From contig JAOUCL010000001.1 in NCBI GenBank assembly GCA_029859805.1, forward strand, positions 1,300-65,299: a stretch of DNA of 64,000 nucleotides, written 5' to 3'. Shown in pieces: positions 31,397-42,288 of this stretch. The DNA comes from Rhodospirillales bacterium. Lineage in GTDB: Bacteria; Pseudomonadota; Alphaproteobacteria; Kiloniellales; JAKSDN01. A program made the position numbers and the translations under genes. Under the pieces are notes generated by a model. The model was not told the DNA's origin and did not search any database. It worked only from the letters and a program-made list of their open reading frames with translations. The first letter of the stretch is position 1. Each line of letters begins with the position of its first letter.

Positions 31397-31414
31397 CTTA
31401 GAGTAATTCTAGAA
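31397..31414. promoter_or_regulatory. ICE-like (iron control element) candidate Irr-binding site upstream of rubrerythrin
   Basis: CTTAGAG-TAA-TTCTAGAA compared with the ICE consensus TTTAGAA-N3-TTCTAAA gives 11 of 14 matches. It lies about 125 nt upstream of the rubrerythrin ATG and 28 nt downstream of the irr stop. Confidence 0.45.
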
Positions 31415-31441
31415 AAGGTTTTATCAGATTGAATCGACGAG

Positions 31442-31864
31442 TTAAACTAGGTCCGATTTTACACGGATGACCACGTCGACGCGGGTCACGCTGGTGCCCG
31501 CGGGCGGCGCGGGCAGATCGCCGACCTGGAGGTGCTCGCCTGGGATGTCTTCGAGCCCGCACGTGTCTTCGCGATAGAAGTGGTGGTGCTCTTTGACATT
31601 GGTGTCGAAGTAGGAACGGCCCGGCTCGACGACGACCTCGCGCAGCAGGCCGGCGGCTGTGAACTGGTGCAGCGCGTTGTAGACGGTGGCCAGCGAAATG
31701 CGCGCGTTGGCGGCGCTCGCCTCGCCGTGCAGGTGTTCGGCAGTAACGTGCCGGTTTCCCTTTTCAAACAACAGCTTGGCCAGCGCCAGACGCTGGCGCG
31801 TCGGGCGCAGACCAGCGCTCTTCAGACGTTCGATGATCGAGCTATAGGGACGGTTGCTTGCCAT
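31442..31864 (-). CDS. irr: Fur-family iron response regulator Irr
   Basis: Track ORF trimmed to MASNRPYSS (140 aa). A Fur-type wHTH is present (LRPTRQRLALAKLLF...ISLATVYNALHQF), along with an HHH motif (KEHHHFY). It is divergent from fabA-fabB-fabI, as in Rhizobiales irr loci. No N-terminal CP heme regulatory motif. Confidence 0.8.
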   Translation of the reverse strand: MASNRPYSSIIERLKSAGLRPTRQRLALAKLLFEKGNRHVTAEHLHGEASAANARISLATVYNALHQFTAAGLLREVVVEPGRSYFDTNVKEHHHFYREDTCGLEDIPGEHLQVGDLPAPPAGTSVTRVDVVIRVKSDLV

Positions 31865-32111
31865 GGTGCTAATATAGTCAATTACGGTGCGGATAGAAGG
31901 GTTAAAACAGCTTCTTGCGGATTTTCTTGGAACTTGTTTAAAGCACAAAGAGGGAGATCAGCCTGCCATATGCGTTTCGTGTTTCTTCCTCGACTTCGCC
32001 GTTGCTTGCACAGCCAGCACCTGATGCTATAGTCCGGTCAGGGACGGTGCCGGATGGATGTCCTGCGCTGCGGTATGCTGTGACTCCACCTGGGCGGTGA
32101 AGCGGGGATTC

Positions 32112-32630
32112 GTGACAATACGAAAAGGCAGCTATAGCTACGAGGACCTGTTGCAGTGCGCCCATGGCGAGCTCTTTGGTCCGGGCAATGCCCAGTTGCC
32201 GCTGCCCCCCATGCTAATGGTCGATCGCATCACCAGGATCAGCGCCGAGGGTGGCGAGCGCGGCAAGGGTGAAGTCGTTGCCGAACTCGATATCAAGCCC
32301 GATCTCTGGTTCTTCGAGGGCCACTTCGAGAACGATCCGGTGATGCCGGGTTGTCTGGGCCTTGACGCCCTGTGGCAACTGCTCGGCTTCTTCCTGGGTT
32401 GGCTTGGGGCGCCCGGGCGGGGTCGGGCCTTGGGCGTCGGCGAGGTCAAGCTGATGGGACAGATTTTTCCGACGGCCAAGAAGGCGATTTACAAAGTGAA
32501 CCTGAAACGCGTGATCATGCGCAAACTCGTGCTCGGCATCGCCGATGGCATGATAGAGGTGGACGGGGAGACCGTCTACGAGGCGAAGGACCTGAAGGTC
32601 GGCCTGTTCACCCCGCCGGAAGCGGCTTAG
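32112..32630 (+). CDS. fabA: 3-hydroxydecanoyl-ACP dehydratase / trans-2-decenoyl-ACP isomerase
   Basis: GTG start gives [40 protein letters not shown] (172 aa). The active-site region is [24 protein letters not shown]. Confidence 0.92.
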   Translation: MTIRKGSYSYEDLLQCAHGELFGPGNAQLPLPPMLMVDRITRISAEGGERGKGEVVAELDIKPDLWFFEGHFENDPVMPGCLGLDALWQLLGFFLGWLGAPGRGRALGVGEVKLMGQIFPTAKKAIYKVNLKRVIMRKLVLGIADGMIEVDGETVYEAKDLKVGLFTPPEAA

Positions 32631-32640
32631 GGAATCGCCC

Positions 32641-33861
32641 ATGCGACGCGTCGTCGTCACCGGTATCGGCATCGTGTCGAGCATCGGCAACAACAAGCAC
32701 GAAGTGCTGGACTCGCTGAAGGCCGGCCGATCAGGAATCGAGCGTTCGGAGGAGTACGCCGAACTTGGCTTCCGCAGCCATGTCCACGGGTCGATAAAAC
32801 TCGACATCGAGTCTGTCTTGGACCGCAAATTGCGTCGCTTCATGGGTGACGGCGCGGCTTTCAACTACATCGCCATGCAAGAGGCGATCGGCGACGCGGG
32901 CCTGGAGAGCGATGAGGTCTCGAACGAGCGGACCGGCCTCATCATGGGATCGGGCGGTAACTCGACCAAGGATTTGTCCCGCGCTTTCGCGACGGCGAAG
33001 GAAAGGGGGCCGCGCAGGGTCGGCCCCTTCATGGTGCCGCGCGTCATGTCGAACACCAACTCGGCGACGCTCGCGGTCCCCTTCAGGATCAAGGGGGTCA
33101 ACTATTCGATCACCTCGGCCTGCGCCACCAGCACCCACTGTATCGGCAACGGCATGGAGCTGATCCAGCTGGGCAAGCAGGACATCGTTTTTGCCGGCGG
33201 TGGCGAGGAGCTATATTGGACCGCTTCGGTCCTTTTCGACGCGATGCCGGCGCTGTCTTCAAGCTACAACGATTCGCCGACCCGGGCCTCGCGCGCCTTC
33301 GACGTCGGGCGCGACGGCTTCGTCATCTCGGGTGGCGGCGGCGTGGTCGTGCTCGAAGAGCTGGACCGCGCACTGGCGCGCGGTGCCAGGATTTATGCCG
33401 AGCTGGTCGGCTACGGCGCCACGTCCGACGGCTACGATATGGTCCAGCCGTCGGGTGACGGGGCCGTACGCTGCATGAAGATGGCTATCCAGTCGCTCGG
33501 CAAAACGCCGGTGGACTACATCAACACCCATGGCACCTCGACCCCGATCGGCGACACCGTCGAACTCAAGGCGATCAAGAAGGTCTTCGGGGCGGACCTG
33601 CCAAAGATCAATTCGACCAAATCCCTGACCGGCCATGCCCTGGGTGCCGCGGGCGTCAACGAGGCGATCTATTCTCTGCTCATGATGGAGCACAAGTTCA
33701 TCGCCGCCTCCGCCAACATCGACGAGTTGGATCCGGAGGGCGAAGGCATGCCGATCGTGCGTGAGCGCGAAGACGATGTCGAACTGAACTGTGTCGTCTC
33801 CAACAGCTTCGGCTTCGGCGGCACCAATGCTTCGCTCGCCCTAAAGTGCTACGAACCGTGA
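32641..33861 (+). CDS. fabB: 3-oxoacyl-ACP synthase I
   Basis: 406 aa KAS I with the active Cys in SITSACATS, the His region [11 protein letters not shown] and GHALGAAG...NSFGFGGTN. Confidence 0.93.
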   Translation: MRRVVVTGIGIVSSIGNNKHEVLDSLKAGRSGIERSEEYAELGFRSHVHGSIKLDIESVLDRKLRRFMGDGAAFNYIAMQEAIGDAGLESDEVSNERTGLIMGSGGNSTKDLSRAFATAKERGPRRVGPFMVPRVMSNTNSATLAVPFRIKGVNYSITSACATSTHCIGNGMELIQLGKQDIVFAGGGEELYWTASVLFDAMPALSSSYNDSPTRASRAFDVGRDGFVISGGGGVVVLEELDRALARGARIYAELVGYGATSDGYDMVQPSGDGAVRCMKMAIQSLGKTPVDYINTHGTSTPIGDTVELKAIKKVFGADLPKINSTKSLTGHALGAAGVNEAIYSLLMMEHKFIAASANIDELDPEGEGMPIVREREDDVELNCVVSNSFGFGGTNASLALKCYEP

Positions 33862-33979
33862 ACCAAGGGGACTCAATGAGGCACAAACCGGCCGCGGGGT
33901 CACCGCTGCGTCTGGCTGTCGACCCGGCCCGGCGCGTGCAACAGGCCCTGGCGCAAGTGATCAAGGGCGGAACTCTGAC

Positions 33980-34786
33980 GTGAGCGCCAATTCGGCATTG
34001 ATGGCGGGCAAACGCGGCCTCATCATGGGGGTTGCGAACGACCACTCGATCGCCTGGGGCATCGCGACCGCGCTCCGTGCCGAGGGGGCCGAACTGGCGT
34101 TCACTTATCAGGGCGAAGCATTCGGAAAACGTGTCCGGCCCCTGGCCGGCTCGCTCGGATCGAATCTGGTCCTGCCCTGCGACGTCGAAGACGACGGCAC
34201 GATCGGCCGGGTCTTCGAGGAGATCGACAAGGCCTGGGGCAGGTTGGACTTTTTGGTACATGCCATCGCTTACTCGGACAAGGAGGAGCTGAAGGGCCGC
34301 TACCTGAACACGACCCGCGGCAACTTCGCCCGCACGCTCGCGATCTCCTGCTATTCGTTCACGGCGCTGGCCCGCCGCGCCCAGCCGCTGATGGTCGAGG
34401 GCGGCAGCCTGGTCACCTTGTCGTATCTTGGCGCCCAGCGGGTGACGCCGAACTACAATGTCATGGGCGTGGCCAAGGCGGCGCTTGAGGCCAGCGTGCG
34501 CTACCTCGCGGCCGACCTGGGCGCCCAGGGCGTCAGGGTCAATGCAATCTCGGCAGGCCCCATGCGCACGCTCGCCGGTTCGGCGATCGCCGACGCCCGC
34601 TTCGTGTATCGCTGGAACCAGGACCACGCGCCGCTGAGGCGCAACGTGCTGCTGACCGAGGTCGGCGCGGCCGGGCTCTATCTGTTGTCGGACCTGTCGC
34701 TCGGCGTAACCGGCGAGGTGCATCACGTCGATGCCGGCTACAACGTGATCGGCATCCCGTCACCGGCCCGCCTGGCGGACGGCTGA
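33980..34786 (+). CDS. fabI: Enoyl-ACP reductase (NADH), FabI
   Basis: 268 aa with GKRGLIMGVANDHSIAWGIA, YLGAQRVTPNYNVMGVAKAALE (Y-x6-K) and ISAGPMRTLA. GTG start. The 3' end overlaps the convergent GDPD gene by 27 nt. Confidence 0.92.
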   Translation: MSANSALMAGKRGLIMGVANDHSIAWGIATALRAEGAELAFTYQGEAFGKRVRPLAGSLGSNLVLPCDVEDDGTIGRVFEEIDKAWGRLDFLVHAIAYSDKEELKGRYLNTTRGNFARTLAISCYSFTALARRAQPLMVEGGSLVTLSYLGAQRVTPNYNVMGVAKAALEASVRYLAADLGAQGVRVNAISAGPMRTLAGSAIADARFVYRWNQDHAPLRRNVLLTEVGAAGLYLLSDLSLGVTGEVHHVDAGYNVIGIPSPARLADG

Positions 34787-35548
34787 GGCCGGACCGTCTT
34801 CTCCATCGAGGGTGGCGATCGCCGTCGCGATCCTGTCCGGGGCATCGCTAATCAGGCAATCGACCTCGGATGCGATCAGTTCGCGCGCGCGCCGCTTCTG
34901 GTTGACCGTGAAGGCCGCCACCAGGTAGCCGGCACGCTTGATCTCGGCGACGAATGGCGGGTTCAGAACCTTGCTGCTGAGATGAAACGAGGCGCAGCCA
35001 AGGGCCTCGAGCGCCGTCTGCCAATCGGACGGCACCTTGAAAGCGATGAGCGCACGTGGCCAGTCCGGCCGCAACACCCGTGCCGCGGCCAGGCTCATCC
35101 GGCTGAAGCTGCTGATCATCGGTGGCCGCCGTCTCCGGCCGAGTCCGGCAGCAACCACATCCAGTGCGGCCTGGGCGGTCTCCACATCGCGCCCCGGTGT
35201 CGATTTGATCTCGATATTGGCGTCCAGGCCCAGGTCCCACACGAGATCCAGCGCCGCATCGAGGGTGGGCACGGGCTCGCCGGCGAAAATCGGCGAGAAC
35301 CAGCGACCGGCATCGAGCCCCTTGACCCGGCTGTAGGGCGTCCGGGCCATCAGCGCGTCCAGGCCGGTCAACCGCTTCAGGTTGTCGTCGTGGAACAGGA
35401 CCGGTCGACCGTCGCCGGTCAGCATGACGTCGAACTCGACCCAGGTGGCCCCCAGGTCGGCGGCCTTCTGGATCGAGGCGAGCGTGTTCTCCGGCGCCCA
35501 GGCGGCCGCGCCGCGATGGCCCATCACGCGCGGCAGTTCAAGGTCCAT
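34760..35548 (-). CDS. Glycerophosphodiester phosphodiesterase family protein
   Basis: 262 aa with the GDPD signature MGHRGAAAWAPENTLASIQKAADLGATWVEFDVMLTGDGRPVLFHD. Confidence 0.85.
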   Translation of the reverse strand: MDLELPRVMGHRGAAAWAPENTLASIQKAADLGATWVEFDVMLTGDGRPVLFHDDNLKRLTGLDALMARTPYSRVKGLDAGRWFSPIFAGEPVPTLDAALDLVWDLGLDANIEIKSTPGRDVETAQAALDVVAAGLGRRRRPPMISSFSRMSLAAARVLRPDWPRALIAFKVPSDWQTALEALGCASFHLSSKVLNPPFVAEIKRAGYLVAAFTVNQKRRARELIASEVDCLISDAPDRIATAIATLDGEDGPASAVRQAGR

Positions 35549-35594
35549 GCCACCTCCAAGAACGGAGCGGTTCGCCGGGCTGGAATTGGCGATA

Positions 35595-35622
35595 CCGGGC
35601 GGCCCGCTTTGTGGCCGCCCGG
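35595..35622 (-). terminator. GC-rich hairpin downstream of pnp (possible terminator or 3' stabiliser, no U tract)
   Basis: CCGGGCGGCC - 8 nt loop - GGCCGCCCGG, a perfect 10-bp stem about 55 nt after the pnp stop. No T-run follows. Confidence 0.3.
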
Positions 35623-35674
35623 CGCAAGTGGATCAGTACGCCCTGCCGTGGTCAAGCAAGGGCCGAGCGGTGGC

Positions 35675-37789
35675 CTAGCCGGCCGCCGCCTGCAGATCCT
35701 GGCCGGTCGCCTGGTCGACCGCCTTCATGGACAGCTTGACCTTGCCCCGGTCGTCGATGCCGATGCATTTCACCTTCACCGTATCGCCTTCCTGGACGAT
35801 CTCACCGACCGTCTTGACCCTGTGGGGCGCCAACTCGCTGATATGCACCAAGCCGTCCCGGGGTCCCATGAAGTTCACGAAGGCGCCGAAGTCCACGACC
35901 TTGACGACCTTGCCGGAATAGATCTCACCGACCTCCGGCTCGGCGGTGATCGACTTGATCCAGTCGATCGCCTTCTGGGCCTGGTCCTGGTCTACGGCCG
36001 CCACCTTGATCGTCCCGTCATCTTCTATGTCGATCTTGGCGCCTGTGTTCTCGGTGATCTCGCGGATCACCTTACCGCCCGTGCCGATAACCTCGCGGAT
36101 CTTCTCGCGCGGGATGGAGATCACGGTGATGCGCGGCGCGTGCTCCGAGACACCCTCGCGCGCGCTGGTGAGCGCCTTGGCCATCTCGTTCAGGATGTGA
36201 AGGCGACCCTCGCGGGCTTGGTCCAGGGCGATTTGCATGATTTCGGCGGTGATCGAGGTGATCTTGATATCCATCTGCAGCGAGGTCACCCCTTGGTCCG
36301 TACCGGCCACCTTGAAATCCATGTCTCCAAGGTGGTCCTCGTCGCCCAGAATGTCGGACAGCACGGCAAAGTCGTCATCCTCCTTGATCAGGCCCATGGC
36401 AATGCCGGCGATCGGCCGCGACAAGGGCACACCGGCATCCATCAGCGCCAGCGACGACCCGCAGACCGTGGCCATGGAGGAGGAGCCGTTGGACTCGGTA
36501 ATCTCGGAGACCACGCGGATGGTGTAAGGAAAGTCCTCCTTGTTCGGCAGCACTGGGCGCACGGCTCGCCACGCCAGCTTGCCATGACCCACCTCGCGCC
36601 GTCCCGGCGGGATCATGCGCTTGGCCTCGCCGACGGAATAGGGCGGAAAGTTGTAGTGCAGCATGAAGTATTCCCGGTAGTCGCCTTCCAAGGCATCGAT
36701 GATCTGTTCGTCCTGACCGGTGCCCAGCGTGGTGGTGACCAGCGCCTGGGTCTCACCGCGGGTGAACAGCGCCGACCCGTGCGTGAGCGGCAGCACGCCG
36801 ACTTCACAGACGATCGGGCGCACGTCCGCGGTCGTGCGGCCGTCGATGCGCTTGCGGGTCTTGAGGATATTCCCGCGAACGATCTCGCTTTCCAGGGCCT
36901 TGAGGACGCCGGGCGCCACCGCCACCGCGGCCGAGTCGTCGCCCAGCAATTCAAGCCCGGCTTCCTTGGCTGCCCCGACCTTCTCGTGGCGCAGCATCTT
37001 GTCAGGCTCCTGATAGGCCTCGGCGAGCTGTGCGGCGATCCCCTGACTCAGCCTTTCACGCACGGCCTCGACCTCGGGCGCCGGCGCGGGGACATCCAAA
37101 GGCTCCTTGGCGCAATCCTCGGCCAAGCTGATGATGAGGTCGATCACCGGCTGCATCTGTTCATGGCCGAACGTGACCGCCCCCAGCATGACCTCTTCGG
37201 AGAGTTCCTGGGCCTCGGACTCGACCATCAGCACGCCCTCGCGCGTGCCGGCCACAATCAGATCCAGTTGGGTGGATGGGAGCTCGTCCTGCCGCGGATT
37301 GAGCAGGTATTCGCCATCCTTGTACCCGACCCGGCAACCGCCGATCGGTCCGAGGAACGGCAGGCCCGAAATGGTCAGAGCCGCCGAGGTGCCAATCATG
37401 GCCGCGATGTCGGGATTGTTCTCCAGGTCGTGGCTGAGCACGGTACAGATGACCTGGGTCTCGTTCCGATAGCCTTTGGCGAAAAGCGGCCGGATCGGAC
37501 GGTCGATGAGCCGGGAGGTCAGGGTCTCCTTCTCCGATGGCCGGCCCTCGCGCTTGAAAAAGCCGCCTGGAATCTTGCCGGCGGCAAAGGTCTTTTCCTG
37601 GTAGTTCACGGTGAGCGGGAAGAAGTCGATGCCCTCCCGCGGTTCGTTGGCGCCGACAGCCGTGCAGAGCACCACCGTATCGCCGTAGGTGACGACGACC
37701 GCGCCATCGGCCTGCCGGGCGATTCGACCGGATTCCAGCACCAACGGGCGCCCGCCCCAGTCGATTTCCTTGCGAAAGATGTTAAACAT
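35675..37789 (-). CDS. pnp: Polyribonucleotide nucleotidyltransferase (PNPase)
   Basis: Track ORF trimmed to [21 protein letters not shown] (704 aa). Two RNase PH domains are followed by KH (GKVIREI) and S1 ([15 protein letters not shown]) domains. Confidence 0.97.
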   Translation of the reverse strand: MFNIFRKEIDWGGRPLVLESGRIARQADGAVVVTYGDTVVLCTAVGANEPREGIDFFPLTVNYQEKTFAAGKIPGGFFKREGRPSEKETLTSRLIDRPIRPLFAKGYRNETQVICTVLSHDLENNPDIAAMIGTSAALTISGLPFLGPIGGCRVGYKDGEYLLNPRQDELPSTQLDLIVAGTREGVLMVESEAQELSEEVMLGAVTFGHEQMQPVIDLIISLAEDCAKEPLDVPAPAPEVEAVRERLSQGIAAQLAEAYQEPDKMLRHEKVGAAKEAGLELLGDDSAAVAVAPGVLKALESEIVRGNILKTRKRIDGRTTADVRPIVCEVGVLPLTHGSALFTRGETQALVTTTLGTGQDEQIIDALEGDYREYFMLHYNFPPYSVGEAKRMIPPGRREVGHGKLAWRAVRPVLPNKEDFPYTIRVVSEITESNGSSSMATVCGSSLALMDAGVPLSRPIAGIAMGLIKEDDDFAVLSDILGDEDHLGDMDFKVAGTDQGVTSLQMDIKITSITAEIMQIALDQAREGRLHILNEMAKALTSAREGVSEHAPRITVISIPREKIREVIGTGGKVIREITENTGAKIDIEDDGTIKVAAVDQDQAQKAIDWIKSITAEPEVGEIYSGKVVKVVDFGAFVNFMGPRDGLVHISELAPHRVKTVGEIVQEGDTVKVKCIGIDDRGKVKLSMKAVDQATGQDLQAAAG

Positions 37790-37840
37790 GTTCCTTTGGT
37801 CCTTCCAACCTCGGCCGTCTTGCCATAGCCGGACCCGCGG

Positions 37841-37896
37841 AAAGGGCGCAGTCGCAGCGCTCGGGAAAACGCAGTTCCCCGGCCGCCGCGCCCTTT
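37841..37896 (-). promoter_or_regulatory. Long stem-loop in the rpsO-pnp intergenic leader (candidate RNase III/PNPase autoregulation site)
   Basis: AAAGGGCGC (37841-37849) pairs with GCGCCCTTT (37888-37896) and encloses further pairing. It lies 52-107 nt upstream of the pnp ATG. Confidence 0.4.
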
Positions 37897-38043
37897 TCGT
37901 CGGCCCGGCCGTCTCGCCCGGTCGCACCGGCCTGTATGCGATCGGATCCTTGATTTCGTGTTTCGATGGGGTTCACCCGCACCTGCCCTCGGCCGCGTCC
38001 GGCGGTCCAGCGCTGGCTGGTCCCGGACACGTGCAGCGCCTCG

Positions 38044-38313
38044 TTACCGACGCAGGCCCAAGCGCTGGATCAAGGCGTCGTAGCGCGGCTTCGCCTTACG
38101 CTTCAGGTAGTCCAGCATTCGCCGGCGCTGCCCGACCATGATCAACAAGCCGCGGCGTGAGTGAAAATCTTTTTTGTGCGTCTTGAGGTGTTCGGTCAGG
38201 TTGGTGATCCGTTCGGTCAGGATCGCCACCTGGACTTCGGGCGACCCGGTATCGCCTACGTGGGTCGCGAATTCGTTGATAACCTCGTTCTTCCGCTCAG
38301 CGGTAATCGACAT
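38044..38313 (-). CDS. rpsO: 30S ribosomal protein S15
   Basis: 89 aa: [57 protein letters not shown]... Confidence 0.97.
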   Translation of the reverse strand: MSITAERKNEVINEFATHVGDTGSPEVQVAILTERITNLTEHLKTHKKDFHSRRGLLIMVGQRRRMLDYLKRKAKPRYDALIQRLGLRR

Positions 38314-38331
38314 CGTGATCGTTCCCTAACA

Positions 38332-39258
38332 TTAAAGATTCAAAACCCGCACCGGACGAATTCCGCCGTCCTCGAAACGGGCCAACGCCACAGGCCTGCC
38401 TGCCGACATGGCGCAGATCGTGGCCCCGCTTGTGAGATCGCGGACCCGCTCGCGGTGAGCACGCGCCAAGAATGACACCGCTTGGCCGCGACGCAGGCAA
38501 TTCGCCTCGGTTTCCGTCAAGTCCAACGCCGGGATGTCGTCCAGCGCGGCCTCGACCGGGAGCAGATGCTCAGAAGCGGCGGCACTATGCCCCAGGGCAT
38601 CGAGAGATTCCAGCGAAATCGCATCGCTTTCGGAAAACGGTCCGACCGTTGTTCGGCGCAGCGCGACGATGTGCGCTGGGCTGTCCAGCGACCTCCCGAT
38701 ATCGCGTGCCAGCGACCTCATGTAGGCCCCTTTCCCGCAGCGAACCTCGAAGGTTGCATGGTCGGCGTCGTCCAGCGACACCAGATCGAGACGCTCGATC
38801 AGCACCCGGCGTGGCCCTAGCTCAAAGTCGGTCTCCGCCCTGGCCAGGTCATAGGCGCGCCGACCGGCGATCTTGACCGCCGAGTAGGTCGGCGGCACCT
38901 GGTCAATGACTCCCAGAAATTCGGGCAGAACCTCCTCGACCTCGGCAGCGCCCGGCCGCCGGTTGCCCTCTTCGATCACCTCGCCCTCGGCATCGTCGGT
39001 GCTGGTGGCCTGGCCCCAGCGCAGCGTGAAGCGGTAGGTCTTCATGCCGTCCATGACATAGGCGACGGTCTTGGTCGCCTCGCCCAGCGCAATCGGCAGC
39101 AGACCTGTGGCCAAAGGATCCAGGGTGCCGCCGTGCCCGGCCTTCTTCGCGTCGAGGGTCCGGCGCACCCTACCGACGACCTGGGTGGAGGTCAGGCCGG
39201 CCGGCTTGTCGATGACGATCCAGCCGTTAACCGTTTTGCCGCGGCGTTTACGTGTCAT
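38332..39258 (-). CDS. truB: tRNA pseudouridine(55) synthase
   Basis: Starts MTRKRRGKTVNGWIVIDKPAGLTST. The catalytic Asp motif is GHGGTLDPLATGLLPIALGEATK. The start overlaps the rbfA stop by 11 nt; alternative upstream ATGs exist. Confidence 0.92.
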   Translation of the reverse strand: MTRKRRGKTVNGWIVIDKPAGLTSTQVVGRVRRTLDAKKAGHGGTLDPLATGLLPIALGEATKTVAYVMDGMKTYRFTLRWGQATSTDDAEGEVIEEGNRRPGAAEVEEVLPEFLGVIDQVPPTYSAVKIAGRRAYDLARAETDFELGPRRVLIERLDLVSLDDADHATFEVRCGKGAYMRSLARDIGRSLDSPAHIVALRRTTVGPFSESDAISLESLDALGHSAAASEHLLPVEAALDDIPALDLTETEANCLRRGQAVSFLARAHRERVRDLTSGATICAMSAGRPVALARFEDGGIRPVRVLNL

Positions 39259-39664
39259 GACCCCCATCCTCATCGCCCGGGGGCGGTACGTCACGGCGCA
39301 CCCGGGCGGTCGCCAGAAGGCCCTCCATCCGCGCGGCGTGATCGAATGAGAGGTCCGCTGCGAACGTCAGACGTGGCGTATGGCGCAGCGAAACTTCGCG
39401 GCTGAGCTCGCCACGCAGGAAGCGCGCCGCCCGGTTGAGCGTGTTGACGGTCGCCTGCAGATCCGCACCCCCCAGTGGGGTAACGAAGACCGTGGCGTTC
39501 CTCAGGTCTGGGCTCACTTTGACTTCAGTTACGGTTATGTTGGCCTCGGCCACGGCCGGATCGGCCAGGCAGCCACGGCCTAGGACGCGCACCAAAGCGT
39601 GGCGCAGCTCCTCTCCGACACGCAGCTGACGCAGGCTCGGGGTCGCGCCCCGGCTCCGAACCAT
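39248..39664 (-). CDS. rbfA: Ribosome-binding factor A
   Basis: Track ORF trimmed to MVRSRGATPSLRQLRVGEELRHAL (138 aa). The KH-like RbfA core is present (ITVTEVKVSPDLRNATVFV). Confidence 0.9.
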   Translation of the reverse strand: MVRSRGATPSLRQLRVGEELRHALVRVLGRGCLADPAVAEANITVTEVKVSPDLRNATVFVTPLGGADLQATVNTLNRAARFLRGELSREVSLRHTPRLTFAADLSFDHAARMEGLLATARVRRDVPPPGDEDGGHDT

Positions 39665-39707
39665 ATTCCGTCTCCGACTGAAGTTCGACCGCCACCAACG
39701 GGCCGGA

Positions 39708-42284
39708 CTATAGGGCCCGGGCCACCTCTTCGACCTCGTAGCATTCGATCCGGTCGCCGGCCTGGATGTCGTGATAATTCTCGAAGGCCATGCCGCATTC
39801 ATAGCCTTCCTTGACTTCCTTGACCTCGTCCTTGAAGCGGCGCAGGGTTTTCAGCGTGCCGTCGTGGATGACCACGTCGTCGCGCAGGAGGCGCACCTTG
39901 GCGCCCCGCTTGACCAATCCCTCGGTCACCATGCAGCCGGCGACCTTGCCGACCTTGGTAATATTGAAGACCTCGCGGATTTCGGCATAACCGAGGAACT
40001 TCTCGCGCTGCTGCGGCGCGAGCAGGCCGGACAGCGCCGCCTTCAGGTCGTCCAGAACATTGTAGATGATCGAATAATACCGGATATCGACGTTGTCCCG
40101 GCGCGCCATGTCCCGCGCCTGCGGGTTGGCCCGCACGTTGAAACCGATAACCGTCGCGCCGGTCGCGTTCGCCAGGGTGACATCCGACTCGTTGATGCCG
40201 CCGACCGCGGCGTGCAGCACCCGGATCTTGACTTCTTCGTTGCCCATCTTCTCCAGGCTGCTGTTGATCGCCTCGAGCGAGCCGTGTACGTCGGATTTCA
40301 CGACAACGGGCAGTTCCTTGACCTCACCCTCCTTGATCCTCGACAGCATTTGCTCGAGGCTGCCGCGCCCTTGGGCGGCGATCGAGGTGTCGCGCTTGGC
40401 GCCGGCCCGGAACGAGGCGATCTCGCGGGCGCGGCTCTCATTTTCGACGACCACGAAGTCGTCGCCGGCGAAAGGTGTGCCGTTCAAACCCAGCACCTCG
40501 ACCGGCACCGCCGGACCCGCCTCTTCCAGGCTCTCGCCGCGCTCGTTGACCATTGCGCGCACCCGGCCCCATTCGCTGCCGGTCACGAAGATGTCGCCCA
40601 CCTTGAGGGTGCCGCGCTGCACCAGGACGGTGGCCACGGACCCGCGCCCGCGCTCGACTTTGGCCTCGATGACGATGCCCTCGGCGCTGCGTGTCGGGTT
40701 CGCCGTCAGCTCGAGCAGTTCGGCCTGCAGAAGGATGGCCTCCTGCAGCTTGTCCAGGTTCTGCTTTTCCTTGGCCGAGACCTCGATGGCCAGGACTTCG
40801 CCCCCCAGGTCCTCGACCACCAGGTCGTGCTGCAACAGGCCCTGCTTGACTCGGTCAGGATCGGCCTCCGGCCTATCCATCTTGTTGATCGCCACGATGA
40901 TCGGCACCTTGGCGGCCTTGGCGTGGTTGATGGCCTCGATCGTCTGGTCCTTGATCCCGTCGTCGGCGGCCACGACCAGAACGACGATATCGGTCACGTT
41001 GGCACCGCGCGAACGCATCTCGGTGAAGGCGGCATGGCCCGGCGTGTCGATGAAGGTAATCTTGTCGCCGGAGCCGAGCATTACCTGATAGGCACCGATG
41101 TGCTGAGTGATGCCGCCGGCTTCGTGCGCGGCGACATCGGTCTCCCGCAATGCGTCCAGCAGGGAAGTCTTGCCGTGGTCGACATGGCCCATGATGGTCA
41201 CGACCGGGGGCCGCGGTGCCAGTTCACCCGCCTCGTCCGGCGCCCCCTTCAGACCCAGCTCCACGTCCGACGCGGCAACACGCTTGAATCGATGGCCGAA
41301 TTCCTCGACCACCAACTCGGCGGTATCGGCGTCGACCAGCTGGTTGATCGTCGCCATCACGTCCATCTTCATCAGCGCCTTGATCACCTCGGTGCCGCGC
41401 TCGGCCATCCGATTGGCCAGTTCCTGCACCGTGATCGTCTCGGGCACGACCACGTCACGAATGACCTTGTGCGGCAACTGGTGCGCCTGTCGGTCCTGCG
41501 CGGCGCGGAGCTTCTCCTGGCGCCGACGGACCGAGGCCAGCGAACGCACGCGCTCGCGCTCTCCCCCGTCCAGCGCTTGGGTAATAGTGAGCTTGCCATG
41601 GCGCCGGCGCTGCTGACCGCGCCGTGTCGTACTCGGCTTGGGTGCCGCCGACTTGCGTTTGACGCGGCCGCCGAGCTCCTCTTCGAGGCCGGCCTTGCCG
41701 GGGGGCTTCGGTTCGGCGGCGGGCCGCGGCTTGGCCTCGCGGGCCGGTTCTGGGACAGTAATCTCGGAGGCCGCAGCGTCGGGGATAGTCGGCGCCGCCG
41801 CCACCGTCTCCGGTGAGGAGACCGCTTCGGCCTTGGCTTCGGCCTCGCGCTTGGCGGCTTCCTCGGCTTGGCGCTTGGCCTCCTCCTCGGCGAGACGAGC
41901 CGCCTCGGCCGCTTCCCGCACCCGGCGCTGCTCCTCCTCCAGCTTTGCGCTCTCCAAGGCGTGCAGTCGCGCCGCGCGCTCGTGCTCGGTCAGATGGCGC
42001 ACCGCCTCCGCCGCCGCCTCGAAACTCCTTTCCAGCGTTTCGACCGCGCTCTCGCCGGCCGCCTGGTCCAATCCGGCTGGTTGGGCAACAACCTCAGTCA
42101 TGCGGCCTTCGGCCCCGGGCGCGAAGGTGCGCTTTCGCTTGACCTCGACCATGACCGTCTTTGAGCGCCCGTGACTGAAGCTTTGTCGGACCTGACCGGT
42201 CTCGACGGTCTTTTTAAGCTCGAGCCGGCCTGGCCGGTTCAGCTTCAAGGGTTTCTTGTCATTGCTCGTCGTCATATCACTCAA
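39708..42284 (-). CDS. infB: Translation initiation factor IF-2
   Basis: 858 aa with a charged Ala/Glu/Lys-rich N-terminus. The G domain has [17 protein letters not shown] and NKMD. The C-terminus is typical of IF-2. Confidence 0.98.
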   Translation of the reverse strand: MSDMTTSNDKKPLKLNRPGRLELKKTVETGQVRQSFSHGRSKTVMVEVKRKRTFAPGAEGRMTEVVAQPAGLDQAAGESAVETLERSFEAAAEAVRHLTEHERAARLHALESAKLEEEQRRVREAAEAARLAEEEAKRQAEEAAKREAEAKAEAVSSPETVAAAPTIPDAAASEITVPEPAREAKPRPAAEPKPPGKAGLEEELGGRVKRKSAAPKPSTTRRGQQRRRHGKLTITQALDGGERERVRSLASVRRRQEKLRAAQDRQAHQLPHKVIRDVVVPETITVQELANRMAERGTEVIKALMKMDVMATINQLVDADTAELVVEEFGHRFKRVAASDVELGLKGAPDEAGELAPRPPVVTIMGHVDHGKTSLLDALRETDVAAHEAGGITQHIGAYQVMLGSGDKITFIDTPGHAAFTEMRSRGANVTDIVVLVVAADDGIKDQTIEAINHAKAAKVPIIVAINKMDRPEADPDRVKQGLLQHDLVVEDLGGEVLAIEVSAKEKQNLDKLQEAILLQAELLELTANPTRSAEGIVIEAKVERGRGSVATVLVQRGTLKVGDIFVTGSEWGRVRAMVNERGESLEEAGPAVPVEVLGLNGTPFAGDDFVVVENESRAREIASFRAGAKRDTSIAAQGRGSLEQMLSRIKEGEVKELPVVVKSDVHGSLEAINSSLEKMGNEEVKIRVLHAAVGGINESDVTLANATGATVIGFNVRANPQARDMARRDNVDIRYYSIIYNVLDDLKAALSGLLAPQQREKFLGYAEIREVFNITKVGKVAGCMVTEGLVKRGAKVRLLRDDVVIHDGTLKTLRRFKDEVKEVKEGYECGMAFENYHDIQAGDRIECYEVEEVARAL

Positions 42285-42288
42285 GCGC

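Noticed and set aside
34982-37828. A 948-aa plus-strand ORF.
   Set aside because: It is antisense to pnp and the GDPD gene. There are no recognisable domains and its composition is characteristic of a shadow ORF.
39771-41816. A 681-aa plus-strand ORF, plus the companions at 40093..41088 and 41107..41616.
   Set aside because: They are antisense to infB, whose translation is unambiguous. They are shadow ORFs.
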